Assembly: GCA_045659745.1 (NCBI GenBank)
Contig: JAZRCL010000094.1
Coordinates: 1 to 54,403 of the forward strand
DNA length: 54,403 nt
Source of the DNA: Eubacteriales bacterium
GTDB lineage: Bacteria; Bacillota; Clostridia; Oscillospirales; CAG-272
Reading direction: 5' to 3'
The position numbers and the translations under genes were made by a program. Below are positions 19,442 through 29,093 of this stretch, in pieces; the stretch's first letter is position 1, and the number at the start of each line of letters is the position of its first letter. The notes beneath the pieces were generated by a model that made no database searches, was not told the DNA's origin, and saw only the letters and a list, made by a program, of their open reading frames with translations.

Positions 19442-20884
19442 TTATATTGAATCGTACATTTCCATGTACCTTTGGGCAGACGTCTTCCAAGAGAAGTCGG
19501 TTCCCATTATTTTGCTGGCAAACTTCTTATATGTTTTCTTGTCGCCATACATTTCGAGCGCCGCATTTATGCGATCGTAAAGCTCGTAGGAGGAGTAGTT
19601 TGCAAAGGTAAATCCATTACCCATAAGCTCTCCGTCCTTTTCCCAATAGGGTTTAATGGAATCATAAAGTCCACCCGTCTCACGAACCACGGGAATAGCA
19701 CCGTATCTTGACGCTATCATCTGCGAAAGTCCGCAGGGCTCGCTCTTTGAGGGCATTACGAAAATATCGGCAGAGGCATATATCTTCTTTGAAAGATCTC
19801 TGTCGTAAAGCATAAGCGCTCTTACCTTGTCGGGATAAGCATTCTGAAGCCCTACAAAGAAGTCCTCGTACTGCTGCTCACCCTTACCAAGCACAACAAG
19901 CTGAATATCGCGCTCGTAAACAAGCTGATATGCCATATCGCGCACAAGGTCAAGTCCCTTGTGGGTTGCAAGTCTGGATATGATGGCGATCATAGGAACG
20001 TCGTCTCTTTCGGGAAGTCCGTACGTTCTTTGGAGATCACGCTTATTCTCTGCCTTGCCGGAGATAAAATTACGTCTGTCGTAATTCTTAACAATAGCTT
20101 CGTCCTTTGAAGGATTGTAGTAATTGTAGTCTATTCCGTTGAGGATTCCCGTGAGCTTGTGAGCGTTTCTGTAAAGAACATGATAAAGTCCGTGAGAATA
20201 CTCCCAGCCCTTTATCTCCTCAGCATATCTCGGGCTTACGGTGCTTACCATATCCGCGCACTCTATTGCCGCCTTCATAAGATTTATACAGTCGTCATAT
20301 CTCATAAGGGCATAATACTCGGGGCCCAGATCAAATACCTCACCGAGAATTGAGGGATCGTACTTACCCTGATACTCAATATTGTGTATGGTAAATACGC
20401 TCTTTATTTTCTCGTATCCGTCTCTGTGATGGAACTTCGTGTTGAGATACACCACGGACAGAGCCGATTGCCAATCATTTGCATGAAGCACATCGGGGTA
20501 AAAGTCTATATGGGGGAGCATTTCAAGCACAGCCTTGCAGAAATACGCGTATCTCTCACCGTCATCGTAGAATCCATAAAGACCTCCGTCACGCTTGAAA
20601 TAATACTCGTTGTCTATAAAGTAGTACTTAACGCCGTCCTTCTCAAGACTCTTGACACCACAGTACAGATTTCTCCAAGAGAGACTTACCGTAAATATAG
20701 CCTCATCCTTCATCTGCGCTCTCCACTTGTCGGAAACCGCGGAATAAAGCGGCATAACTACTCTTACGTCGTTATCTCGGCTGAGCGCCTTGAGAGCTGC
20801 GGGAAGCGAGCCCATAACATCGCCAAGTCCGCCTGTTGCAGCGAAAGGCATAGTTTCTGCGCCTACAAAAAGTATCTTTTTCAT
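19442..20884 (-). CDS. glgA: Glycogen synthase (ADP-glucose type)
   Basis: MKKILFVGAETMPFAATGGLGDV N-terminus and C-terminal PSKSEPCGLSQM motif. Confidence 0.95.
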   Translation of the reverse strand: MKKILFVGAETMPFAATGGLGDVMGSLPAALKALSRDNDVRVVMPLYSAVSDKWRAQMKDEAIFTVSLSWRNLYCGVKSLEKDGVKYYFIDNEYYFKRDGGLYGFYDDGERYAYFCKAVLEMLPHIDFYPDVLHANDWQSALSVVYLNTKFHHRDGYEKIKSVFTIHNIEYQGKYDPSILGEVFDLGPEYYALMRYDDCINLMKAAIECADMVSTVSPRYAEEIKGWEYSHGLYHVLYRNAHKLTGILNGIDYNYYNPSKDEAIVKNYDRRNFISGKAENKRDLQRTYGLPERDDVPMIAIISRLATHKGLDLVRDMAYQLVYERDIQLVVLGKGEQQYEDFFVGLQNAYPDKVRALMLYDRDLSKKIYASADIFVMPSKSEPCGLSQMIASRYGAIPVVRETGGLYDSIKPYWEKDGELMGNGFTFANYSSYELYDRINAALEMYGDKKTYKKFASKIMGTDFSWKTSAQRYMEMYDSI

Positions 20885-20908
20885 ATTATTTCCCTTTCTG
20901 AATTCAGC

Positions 20909-22039
20909 TTATACAGTAACACGCTTGCCGATAAAGAACGGCATAGTTTCGTGTCCCGAGAGAACACGACCGTTCTTGACCATTACATTCTTATCCGCTA
21001 CTACGCAGTTAAGAGACGCGCCCTCGCAAATATAAGCATCCTGGAAAAGTATGGAGTTCTTTACTACCGCGCCCTTACAAATATGAACGCCTCTGGAAAT
21101 AATAGAGTTTTCAACAGTTCCCTCTATAACACATCCGTCTGCAATAACGGAATTCTTTACCTTTGCGCCCTCGCAATAGCGCGTGGGAGCAGAGTTACGA
21201 ACCTTTGTAAGTATGGGATAATTCTTATCTCCGAAAAGTCCTTCTCTTACGTTCTGCTCAAGAAGCTGCATAGAGCAGGAGAAATAAGTCTCCATAGAGT
21301 TTATGGTTGCGTGGAAGCCGTCGTACTCGTATATTCTATAGTTCGCCTTATTAACCTCACGCGCAAGAATATCGTGCAAAAATCTGTGGTATCCGTGCGC
21401 CATAGAGTTCTGCATAATGCTTACAAGGTAGGAACGCTTGATTATCATTATGTTTGCGTAAATGTTAGCGACGCCCTCAAAGCGATTTTTCTCAGCAAAG
21501 TCAGTAACTCTGCCGTTTTCATCTGCATCAATGACAATTATTTTTTCCGCAGACACTGTGCTTGTAAGATCCTGTGTCTTTGTTATAAATGTGATGTCCG
21601 CACCGCTCTTATCGTGCTCGGCTATGACCTTTGTAAGATCTATGTTGCAGATTATGTCACAGTCTGCCATTACAAGATGGTCTTCCTTGCATCTGTTGAT
21701 AAAGTTAGCCGCGCCCATTATGGCCTCGAGTCTCGAGGAGGAAAGTCCCGACGCGTTATTATCAAAAGAGGTTATGTGAGGGGGTATGATCTTGATACCG
21801 CCTGAGCGTCTTGCAAGATCCCAGTCCTTACCTGTTCCGAGATGGTCGAGGAGGGACTCGTAGTTGTTGCTGGCGATAACGCCAACCTTGGTAATTCCCG
21901 AATTTACCATATTCGAGAGCATAAAGTCGATAAGTCTGTATCTTGCTCCGAAGGGTACGCTTGCCATAGTTCTTGTTCTTGTAAGCTCGGGTATAGTATT
22001 ATCGTGTACGTTCGCGAATATAAGTCCTGCTACTGTCAT
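20909..22039 (-). CDS. glgD: Glucose-1-phosphate adenylyltransferase regulatory subunit GlgD
   Basis: Paralogue of GlgC lacking the GGxGxRL activator/ATP loop (starts MTVAGLIFAN...). It has a left-handed beta-helix C-terminus and sits directly after glgC, as in Bacillus/Clostridia. Confidence 0.88.
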   Translation of the reverse strand: MTVAGLIFANVHDNTIPELTRTRTMASVPFGARYRLIDFMLSNMVNSGITKVGVIASNNYESLLDHLGTGKDWDLARRSGGIKIIPPHITSFDNNASGLSSSRLEAIMGAANFINRCKEDHLVMADCDIICNIDLTKVIAEHDKSGADITFITKTQDLTSTVSAEKIIVIDADENGRVTDFAEKNRFEGVANIYANIMIIKRSYLVSIMQNSMAHGYHRFLHDILAREVNKANYRIYEYDGFHATINSMETYFSCSMQLLEQNVREGLFGDKNYPILTKVRNSAPTRYCEGAKVKNSVIADGCVIEGTVENSIISRGVHICKGAVVKNSILFQDAYICEGASLNCVVADKNVMVKNGRVLSGHETMPFFIGKRVTV

Positions 22040-22054
22040 ATCTATTCCCTCCTA

Positions 22055-23242
22055 TCAGTTTGATTCACTTATCATAGCGCCGTCCTCAATAACTGCGCAA
22101 TTTTCTATCTCTACGTCTTCACCTATAACTGTCACGCCCTTTGCACTCTCGCGAGCTGCACCGACTTTTGCGTTTTCACCAATAGAAACGCCCGTATCGA
22201 TAATAGAGTATCTTACGTCTGCTCCGCTCTTTATGGTCAGATCACCCATCAGAACGCAGTCCTCAACGTATGCGCCTGCCTCTATCTTTACGTTTGCACC
22301 GATAACACAATTCTTAACAGTACCGTATATCTCACAGCCCTCGGTCATATAGCAGTTTTCTATCTCAGCATCACAGCCTACAAACTGAGGTCCGCGCGCA
22401 GAATGTCTGGAATAGATCTTCCAATCGTCACCGCCGATATTGAGCACGGGGTTGATTCCAAGAAGGTCCATATTTGCTTCCCAAAGAGAAGAAATAGTTC
22501 CAACGTCCTTCCAGTATCCCTCAAAGCTGTATGCGAACATTCTCTGTCCGTCCGCGAGCATATTGGGGATTATGTTCTTTCCGAAGTCATTAGAGGAATT
22601 CTCGTCAGCCTCGTCAGCCACGAGATACTGCTCAAGCTTGTCGCGTCTGAATATGTAGATACCCATAGACGCCTTTGTGCTATCGGGATTCTTGGGCTTT
22701 TCGGTGAACTTGTATATAGTTCCGTCCTCGTGCGTGCTCATAATACCGAAGCGGCTTGCCTCCTCGATCGGCACGTCAATAACGGCGATAGTACAGTCCG
22801 CGTTCTTTTCCTTGTGGTATGCGAGCATCTTGGCATAATCCATTTTGTAGATGTGGTCACCCGAAAGGATAACTACGTGGTCTGTTTCATATCTGTTTAT
22901 GAACTGGAGATTCTGATAAATTGCATTTGCGGTGCCCTTGTACCAGTCAGCAGACTTCTGTCCCTGATAAGGAGGAAGCACAGTAACTCCGCCCCATACT
23001 CGGTCAAGGTCCCAAGGCTGGCCGTTACCGATATATTCGTTAAGCACAAGAGGCTGATACTGCGTAAGAACTCCGACGGTGTCAATACCCGAGTTTATGC
23101 AGTTTGAAAGCGGAAAGTCAATGATACGGTATTTTCCGCCGAACTGTACCGCAGGCTTTGCGGTTTTTGTAGTAAGCGCGTAAAGTCTTGAACCCTGTCC
23201 GCCAGCCAAGAGCATAGCGACACATTCTTTTTTCTTGAACAT
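22055..23242 (-). CDS. glgC: Glucose-1-phosphate adenylyltransferase
   Basis: [61 protein letters not shown]. Confidence 0.95.
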   Translation of the reverse strand: MFKKKECVAMLLAGGQGSRLYALTTKTAKPAVQFGGKYRIIDFPLSNCINSGIDTVGVLTQYQPLVLNEYIGNGQPWDLDRVWGGVTVLPPYQGQKSADWYKGTANAIYQNLQFINRYETDHVVILSGDHIYKMDYAKMLAYHKEKNADCTIAVIDVPIEEASRFGIMSTHEDGTIYKFTEKPKNPDSTKASMGIYIFRRDKLEQYLVADEADENSSNDFGKNIIPNMLADGQRMFAYSFEGYWKDVGTISSLWEANMDLLGINPVLNIGGDDWKIYSRHSARGPQFVGCDAEIENCYMTEGCEIYGTVKNCVIGANVKIEAGAYVEDCVLMGDLTIKSGADVRYSIIDTGVSIGENAKVGAARESAKGVTVIGEDVEIENCAVIEDGAMISESN

Positions 23243-23312
23243 AGACTTGTCTCCTTAAATTTTTAATATGTTTTTAGGTCTCGCGTTATATATTATGCTA
23301 TGGGTCTCTGTT

Positions 23313-25247
23313 TTATTTTGTCTTTTTTGCGCGACGCACTTTCTGCGCAGGCTTTTGGGGTGCTTGCTTTTCTCTGTCAAAGCACAGTATGCAAGCTCCA
23401 AGCGGAGGCATACGGAAATGCAGAGTCTCTTCTTCAAACTCGGAAATACTCTCAAGCTCGGCTCCCGTGTTAGTCACTCCGCTTCCTCCGTACCTTCTAT
23501 CGTCAGAATTGAACAGCTCTTTGTAAACTCCCGCGCGTTCCACCTTGATCGTGAAATTCTCGTAGGTCTCGGGGGTGAAATTCAATACAACCATGATTTC
23601 CTTGCCGCCCTCGCCTATTCTGCGGAAGGATATGATGCTTCTTGGGGAGTCGTCGGCCTCTATCCACTGGAAGCCCTCCCAGGAATCTTCTATCTGCCAC
23701 AGCTCGGGACGCGAAAGGTAGAAATTATTTATTTCTGCGCAGTAGAGCTGATATTTGGCGTGCATATCGTAGTCAAGCATAAACCACTCAATACTATCGT
23801 CATAATTCCACTCTCTGAACTGCGCTATTTCGTTGCCCATAAAGTTGAGCTTTTTGCCGGGGTGAGTCATCTGCCAAGCAAGAAATACTCTAGCGCCCGC
23901 AAACTTTCTCCAATAATCCCCCGCCATCTTGTCCACAAAAGACTTTTTGCCGTGAACCACCTCGTCGTGAGATATGGGAAGCACGTATTTTTCATTAAAC
24001 GCGTACATAAGAGGGAATGTGAGCTTGTCGTGATGATATTTTCTGTGTATATGCTCTTCCTTGGCGTACGACAGGGTGTCGTTCATCCAGCCCATATTCC
24101 ACTTCATATCAAAGCCCAAGCCGTCATTCTCAAAGCCCGTGATATTACACCACGCGCTTGACTCTTCTGCTATGGTCATTACGTCGGGATATTCGCTCTT
24201 TATCGAAGAATTAAGCTTTTTGAAAAAAGCCATCGCCTCAAGATTGCGGTTGTCGCCGTAGATGTTCGGCACCCACTCGCCCGGCATTCTGTCGTAGTCC
24301 AGATAAAGCATTGATGCCACCGCATCCACACGCAATCCGTCGAAATGATACTTATCTATCCAATAGAACGCGTTTGATATGAGGAAGGACTGAACCTCCT
24401 CACGTCCAACGTCAAAGCATCTTGTTCCCCAACCCTTATGCTCCATACGATCCTTGCCCTGATACTCGTAAAGGGGTTGACCGTCAAACTCATAAAGACC
24501 AAATGCATCCTTTGGGAAATGCGCAGGGACCCAGTCCATAATAACGCCTATTCCCGCCGTGTGCATAATATCAACGAAGTTCATAAGCTGATGGGGTGTT
24601 CCAAAGCGGGACGTGGGCGCATAATATCCGCCAACCTGATAGCCCCACGAGCCGTCAAAGGGGTGCTCGGACACTGGCATTATCTCAATATGTGTATATC
24701 CCATCTGCTTTACGTAAGGTGCAAGATCGTCGGCAATTTCCTTATAGTTGAAATAGCTTCCGTCCTCGTGTCTTTTCCACGAGCCGAGATGCAGCTCGTA
24801 TATGTTCATAGGCTGCTTGTAAAATCCCTCTCGACTCAAGTCAAGTCGGTGAGATAACCACCCCTCGTCGTGCCATTTATACTCGGTTTCTATGTCGTAT
24901 ATGACACTCGCCGCATCGGGAGGAGATTCCATCACAACTCCATACGGGTCAGACTTGTATATCTCCCTGCCGTGATTTATAAGCTTGTACTTGTAAATAT
25001 CTCCCTGCTTTACGGTGTCTGCGGGGAGACAAGCCTCCCAGATTCCGCCGCCGCTGACTCTCTGCATAGGACAGTCATTTGACCAGGAATTAAAGCTTCC
25101 TACAACAAAAGCCGCCTCTGCATTCGGTGCCCAGACTCTAAAGAAAATTTTGTCATTGTCCCTATGAGCTCCCATGTAATTGTAAGCTCGGCGTGACGTT
25201 CCTTGATGAAACAGATATTGATGTTCAGAATAATTTTTATCTGCCAT
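23313..25247 (-). CDS. glgB: 1,4-alpha-glucan branching enzyme
   Basis: CBM48-like N-terminus (FRVWAPNA) and GH13 motifs (VIMDWVPAHF, DGLRVDAVASMLY, MTIAEESSAW, LPISHDEVVHGK). Confidence 0.95.
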   Translation of the reverse strand: MADKNYSEHQYLFHQGTSRRAYNYMGAHRDNDKIFFRVWAPNAEAAFVVGSFNSWSNDCPMQRVSGGGIWEACLPADTVKQGDIYKYKLINHGREIYKSDPYGVVMESPPDAASVIYDIETEYKWHDEGWLSHRLDLSREGFYKQPMNIYELHLGSWKRHEDGSYFNYKEIADDLAPYVKQMGYTHIEIMPVSEHPFDGSWGYQVGGYYAPTSRFGTPHQLMNFVDIMHTAGIGVIMDWVPAHFPKDAFGLYEFDGQPLYEYQGKDRMEHKGWGTRCFDVGREEVQSFLISNAFYWIDKYHFDGLRVDAVASMLYLDYDRMPGEWVPNIYGDNRNLEAMAFFKKLNSSIKSEYPDVMTIAEESSAWCNITGFENDGLGFDMKWNMGWMNDTLSYAKEEHIHRKYHHDKLTFPLMYAFNEKYVLPISHDEVVHGKKSFVDKMAGDYWRKFAGARVFLAWQMTHPGKKLNFMGNEIAQFREWNYDDSIEWFMLDYDMHAKYQLYCAEINNFYLSRPELWQIEDSWEGFQWIEADDSPRSIISFRRIGEGGKEIMVVLNFTPETYENFTIKVERAGVYKELFNSDDRRYGGSGVTNTGAELESISEFEEETLHFRMPPLGACILCFDREKQAPQKPAQKVRRAKKTK

Positions 25248-25304
25248 AGTCCCTCCGAAATAAGTTTGATTTTTTACAACTTTTTACAGATTTACTCATC
25301 ATAA

Positions 25305-25333
25305 ATTATATCACATAACACATTTTTTGTCAA
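25305..25333 (-). promoter_or_regulatory. Sigma-A promoter of the glgBCDAP operon
   Basis: Minus strand TTGACA (25333-25328), 17 nt, TGaTATAAT (-10 at 25310-25305), ~55 nt upstream of the glgB ATG. Confidence 0.7.
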
Positions 25334-25404
25334 CGACCAATTGTCGGAATTTTTGCGACAGATATCACCAGCGTATCTATTTTTTTTGAAAACCTATCAC
25401 AGAC

Positions 25405-25432
25405 TTGACACATTTGCTTTTTATGGTATAAT
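25405..25432 (+). promoter_or_regulatory. Sigma-A promoter of the ABC-like operon
   Basis: TTGACA (25405-25410), 16 nt, TGgTATAAT (-10 at 25427-25432). Divergent from the glgB promoter. Confidence 0.65.
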
Positions 25433-25470
25433 TATAGTTGAGTAAACAAAGATATTTGGAGGCTACGACC

Positions 25471-26136
25471 TTGATAAGCATAACTAATCTTACCCAAAGA
25501 AACGGTGACCGAATCCTTTTGGACAATATAACGTTGACGGTACCCGAAAAGACTGTTTTTGGCATTCTCTGTCAGGATAAGGCAGAAAGAATAGCTCTTA
25601 TGGAGGCTCTTGCGGGCATTTGCGTGACTTTCGAGGGAGAAATATCCCTTTGCGGCCACAGTATAACGAACCACAGACTAAATGCGCAGCTTTCTATGAG
25701 CTATATGCCTGAGGATATGCCATTTTATAAGAATATGACGGTTATAGAATATCTCTCGTTTATAACCGAGGCAAAACAGCTTGACTTTGAGCAGGCGCAA
25801 AAAAACATAAAGTCCGCACTGACCTCAACCAATCTTCTTGCGCTTAAGGATGCTGTCATATCAAAACTCAGCTCCCCAGGAAGAGCAAGACTCGGAATAG
25901 CTCAGGCCATCGCATCAAACTCCTCAGTTCTCCTTTTCTGCAATCCCACAAGCGACCTGAGCAAGAATGAAGCGCAGGAAATATTCAAACTCATAAAAAC
26001 CGTTTCAAGATCAAAATCCGCTATCATTGTATCTAATGATCCGCAGGTGCTTTTCTTCTGCGACAGCGGAGCAATGCTTTCCGATGGCAAGCTTGATACA
26101 AATATTAAAAGCTTTCTTGGAAAGGAGGCAGAATAA
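25471..26136 (+). CDS. ABC-transporter NBD-like protein with degenerate Walker A, signature, Walker B and H-loop
   Basis: ABC fold is recognisable (ISITNLTQRNGDRILLDNITLTVPEKTVFGIL..., LSSPGRARLGIAQAI, SVLLFCNPTSDL). The motifs read GILCQDKAERI (for GxxGxGKT), LSSPG (for LSGGQ), FCNPT (for LDEPT) and VSND (for SSH). TTG start at 25471 with GGAGG 8 nt upstream. The earlier track start at 25438 (also TTG) lacks an RBS. Confidence 0.65.
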   Translation: MISITNLTQRNGDRILLDNITLTVPEKTVFGILCQDKAERIALMEALAGICVTFEGEISLCGHSITNHRLNAQLSMSYMPEDMPFYKNMTVIEYLSFITEAKQLDFEQAQKNIKSALTSTNLLALKDAVISKLSSPGRARLGIAQAIASNSSVLLFCNPTSDLSKNEAQEIFKLIKTVSRSKSAIIVSNDPQVLFFCDSGAMLSDGKLDTNIKSFLGKEAE

Positions 26137-28499
26137 TGGGCATAATTTTCAAACGCGAGCTTAAAGCTCACCTGACAACTGTATTCGGTTGGATATTTAT
26201 TGCGGTATCAATAGGGCTTATAGGCGTGTCAGTCATTGCCACAAATCTCGTCAGTGCCATCCCCCAAATAGAATACGGAATCAACCTTTTGGTTATGGCG
26301 ACCATTTTGACAATTCCCTTTTTGTGTATGCCAATATTCGCGCCTGAAAACAAAAGCGGAAACACCAGGTTTCTTCTCTCCCTTCCAATAAAAACTCACA
26401 ATATAGTTCTTGGAAAATATCTCGCGGCTCTTACGGTGTTCGCAATTTCCGTGTTGATTCTGGCCGTTATGCCGCTCTTGCTTTCAATATACGGCAACGT
26501 CCTCTTTGCACAGTCTTACTCATCAATACTTGCGTATCTCCTTATCGGCGCGGTAATGATCGCGATATGTATGTTCATTGGAGCTAATTCTCGCAGAAGC
26601 GTGCTCTCATTTGTCATAGGTGCGCTTGTTTTGGCAGTTCTCTACACCGGTCCAACACTTTCAGCATACGTCCCCACATCCTCTATAGCTTCGCTTATAG
26701 CTATAATCATTTTGGAGATTATAATTTGCCTTATAATCTGGCTTTTGTCAAAAAAACTGACAATTGGCGGTGTAGCGCTTTTCATATTCCTTGTCCCCAC
26801 CACAATAGCATACCTTGTGTCACCCGGCAGCTTTTCTTCTTTATTCCACAGAATCTTTAGATTTATTTCTCCGTTTGAAAAAATCTCTAAATTTTCGCTT
26901 GGAATATTTGATATCAAGGACGTTATATATCTCGTATCAGTAGCAGCATTTTTTGTTTTTCTTTCTTATGTGGTCATTGAAAAAGAAAGAACTTCCGTAA
27001 AACACACAAGCAAAAAATCAGCACTTGTCGTTGCAGCATCCATCGTTCTTCTCATCGCAATAAATTTCGGCGTTTTTTCTATCCCTACGGCATTCACCTC
27101 GTTTGATGCGTCAGGACTTAATATATATTCTCTCTCAGATGTATCCAAGGAATATGCAAGTAAAACGGATGAGGATATAACCATTTATCTTCTTAGCGAA
27201 CGCGGCATTCCCGATGCTCAGATAGAACAGGTCCTCATGGAATATAAAGCTACAAATCCGCATATAGATTATAGGCTGATAAACGTCACCGCAGATCCAA
27301 ATTTTGTTGAAAAGTACATAGGTGTGTCTTATTATCACGTAAATAGCGACGGAATAAGACCCCTGAGCAATAACAGCATTATCATCGAGAGCGCAAAAAG
27401 ACATACTGTCATTAACTCATCCAACTACTACAAATACAAGGTCGGCTCATACTACTATTCCGAGTCCGAATTCCTCTCATTGTGTCAACAAGCCGTTTCC
27501 GAGGGATACGACATCTCTCAAATAGGCTATGAAACGTTCTTTAATCTTGACAAAGTCGTTGTATCAGGAATAGAATTCGTTACTCAGGATAACATAAGCA
27601 CGGTGTTCACCCTTACAGGACACGGCGAGCAGGCTATTGACGACTCGTTTTACACTAATATCAAGTATTCTCAAAACGGCGCGTATAATGAGCTAAATCT
27701 TGACAGCGTGAATTCCATCCCCGCCCACTGCTCTGCTCTCATCATATCCTCGCCTCAGACCGACATTTCATCTAACGACGCGGATAAGATAATAGAGTAT
27801 CTGGAGCGCGGAGGAGACGTTATTCTGATTACGTCTCCCGAAAACACGCAGATGACTAATCTCTTGCGTGTGACAGAAACTTTAGGACTTACTGCGCAAA
27901 ACGGTGTGATTTCCGACAGCGACAAGAAGCATCATATGAACGACAATAATACCCATCTTGTTTTGGATGCAAACTCCGACCACCCGATCACATACTTTGT
28001 CCGCACAAACTATTCGTCTCAGAATAGTGACGTATTGGCCCGTTTTCCTGATGCTCATCCTATAATCAAGACCGAGTCGCCGGACGAGGGGCTTGTTATA
28101 AAAGAGATTTTTACAACGTCTGAAAAAGCCACGGTTTCAGATGTGGGAGAGGCAAAGAAACACATCACGGGATACAGCGTCCAAAAGGAAATTGACGAGG
28201 ATACCGGAAACACCGCAAATCTTTTCTGGTATTCTTCATACGAGGCCTTCTCAAAGGAATTCGCCAAGGATCACCCCATCAATATAGTATATTTGCTTGT
28301 CTCACTTTCCTACGTTGGAGGAACACAGGATTTTGAAACGTCACTGGACGTAGATTCTCGTTGCATCTCTGGATCATTCTTGAAAGTTCCCACCAGTATA
28401 CCCGTAGTATGGGGAATAGCCTTTGGGCTCATAACCCTCATAGTTCTCTGCTCCGGCATCGCTTTGTGCATAAGCAGAAAGGCCCGCAAAAAGTTTTGA
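26136..28499 (+). CDS. Fusion of ABC-2-type permease (GldF-like) and GldG-like ABC auxiliary domain
   Basis: The N-terminal ~290 aa hold six hydrophobic helices of ABC-2 type. A further TM follows, then a ~440-aa extracytoplasmic domain with GldG-like topology, a terminal TM (VWGIAFGLITLIVLCSGIALCI) and a basic tail. The start overlaps the upstream stop (TAATG). Confidence 0.6.
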   Translation: MGIIFKRELKAHLTTVFGWIFIAVSIGLIGVSVIATNLVSAIPQIEYGINLLVMATILTIPFLCMPIFAPENKSGNTRFLLSLPIKTHNIVLGKYLAALTVFAISVLILAVMPLLLSIYGNVLFAQSYSSILAYLLIGAVMIAICMFIGANSRRSVLSFVIGALVLAVLYTGPTLSAYVPTSSIASLIAIIILEIIICLIIWLLSKKLTIGGVALFIFLVPTTIAYLVSPGSFSSLFHRIFRFISPFEKISKFSLGIFDIKDVIYLVSVAAFFVFLSYVVIEKERTSVKHTSKKSALVVAASIVLLIAINFGVFSIPTAFTSFDASGLNIYSLSDVSKEYASKTDEDITIYLLSERGIPDAQIEQVLMEYKATNPHIDYRLINVTADPNFVEKYIGVSYYHVNSDGIRPLSNNSIIIESAKRHTVINSSNYYKYKVGSYYYSESEFLSLCQQAVSEGYDISQIGYETFFNLDKVVVSGIEFVTQDNISTVFTLTGHGEQAIDDSFYTNIKYSQNGAYNELNLDSVNSIPAHCSALIISSPQTDISSNDADKIIEYLERGGDVILITSPENTQMTNLLRVTETLGLTAQNGVISDSDKKHHMNDNNTHLVLDANSDHPITYFVRTNYSSQNSDVLARFPDAHPIIKTESPDEGLVIKEIFTTSEKATVSDVGEAKKHITGYSVQKEIDEDTGNTANLFWYSSYEAFSKEFAKDHPINIVYLLVSLSYVGGTQDFETSLDVDSRCISGSFLKVPTSIPVVWGIAFGLITLIVLCSGIALCISRKARKKF

Positions 28500-28547
28500 T
28501 CACACATCAAACAACATCTAAAACAGATTTACCGAAAGGATATTTTA

Positions 28548-28946
28548 ATGAATATTGCATTTTTTCTCACTCCTAAAAACAACGTGGCTTTTCTTACGAT
28601 GGGAGACAGTATGCGTCAGGGACTTGAGAAACTCCGACACTACGGATATACCGCCCTGCCGGTTATAAAAGAAACCGGAGAATACGCGGGTTATATCAGC
28701 GAGGGAGATTTTTTGAGAAGTATATTTAACATAGGAACCATAGATATGGCTGACCTTGAGGATATATCTATCGACGAGGCGGTACACAGGGAGGACTTTA
28801 CCGTCCGTATAACCGCATCAATGGAAAATCTGCTCACAACTATTCTCGATCATAACTTCGTTCCTGTGGTTGATGACCGCGGAATGTTTATGGGCATAGT
28901 CACAAGACGTGCAGTGCTTCAGTATTTCTCGGAAAAAAGCAATTAA
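28548..28946 (+). CDS. CBS-pair domain protein
   Basis: 132 aa with two CBS repeats (HYGYTALPVIKETGEYAGYISEGDFL and HNFVPVVDDRGMFMGIVTRRAVL). AAAGGA RBS. Confidence 0.8.
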   Translation: MNIAFFLTPKNNVAFLTMGDSMRQGLEKLRHYGYTALPVIKETGEYAGYISEGDFLRSIFNIGTIDMADLEDISIDEAVHREDFTVRITASMENLLTTILDHNFVPVVDDRGMFMGIVTRRAVLQYFSEKSN

Positions 28947-28953
28947 ACCTTAC

Positions 28954-28986
28954 CCCGCCGCTATATTAAGCGGCGGGGGTTTTTGT
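28954..28986 (+). terminator. Rho-independent terminator after the CBS gene
   Basis: CCCCGCCGC / GCGGCGGGG 9-bp stem with an 8-nt loop, followed by GTTTTTG. Confidence 0.8.
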
Positions 28987-29028
28987 GTGCGGTATACCGT
29001 ATATGAAAAAAATACCGAGATAAATTTC

Positions 29029-29057
29029 TTGACAATACAGATTGTTTTTGTTATAAT
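29029..29057 (+). promoter_or_regulatory. Sigma-A promoter of holB-ricT
   Basis: TTGACA, 17 nt, TGtTATAAT. Consensus in every element. Confidence 0.7.
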
Positions 29058-29093
29058 ATAATTTGTATAATTGTTTGTTGAAGGGAGAAGGTC

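Noticed and set aside
25334-25352. Imperfect inverted repeat CGACCAATTGTCGG just upstream of the glgB -35 box, as an operator.
   Set aside because: The arms are not truly complementary (only about 4 bp each side of AATT), which is indistinguishable from chance.
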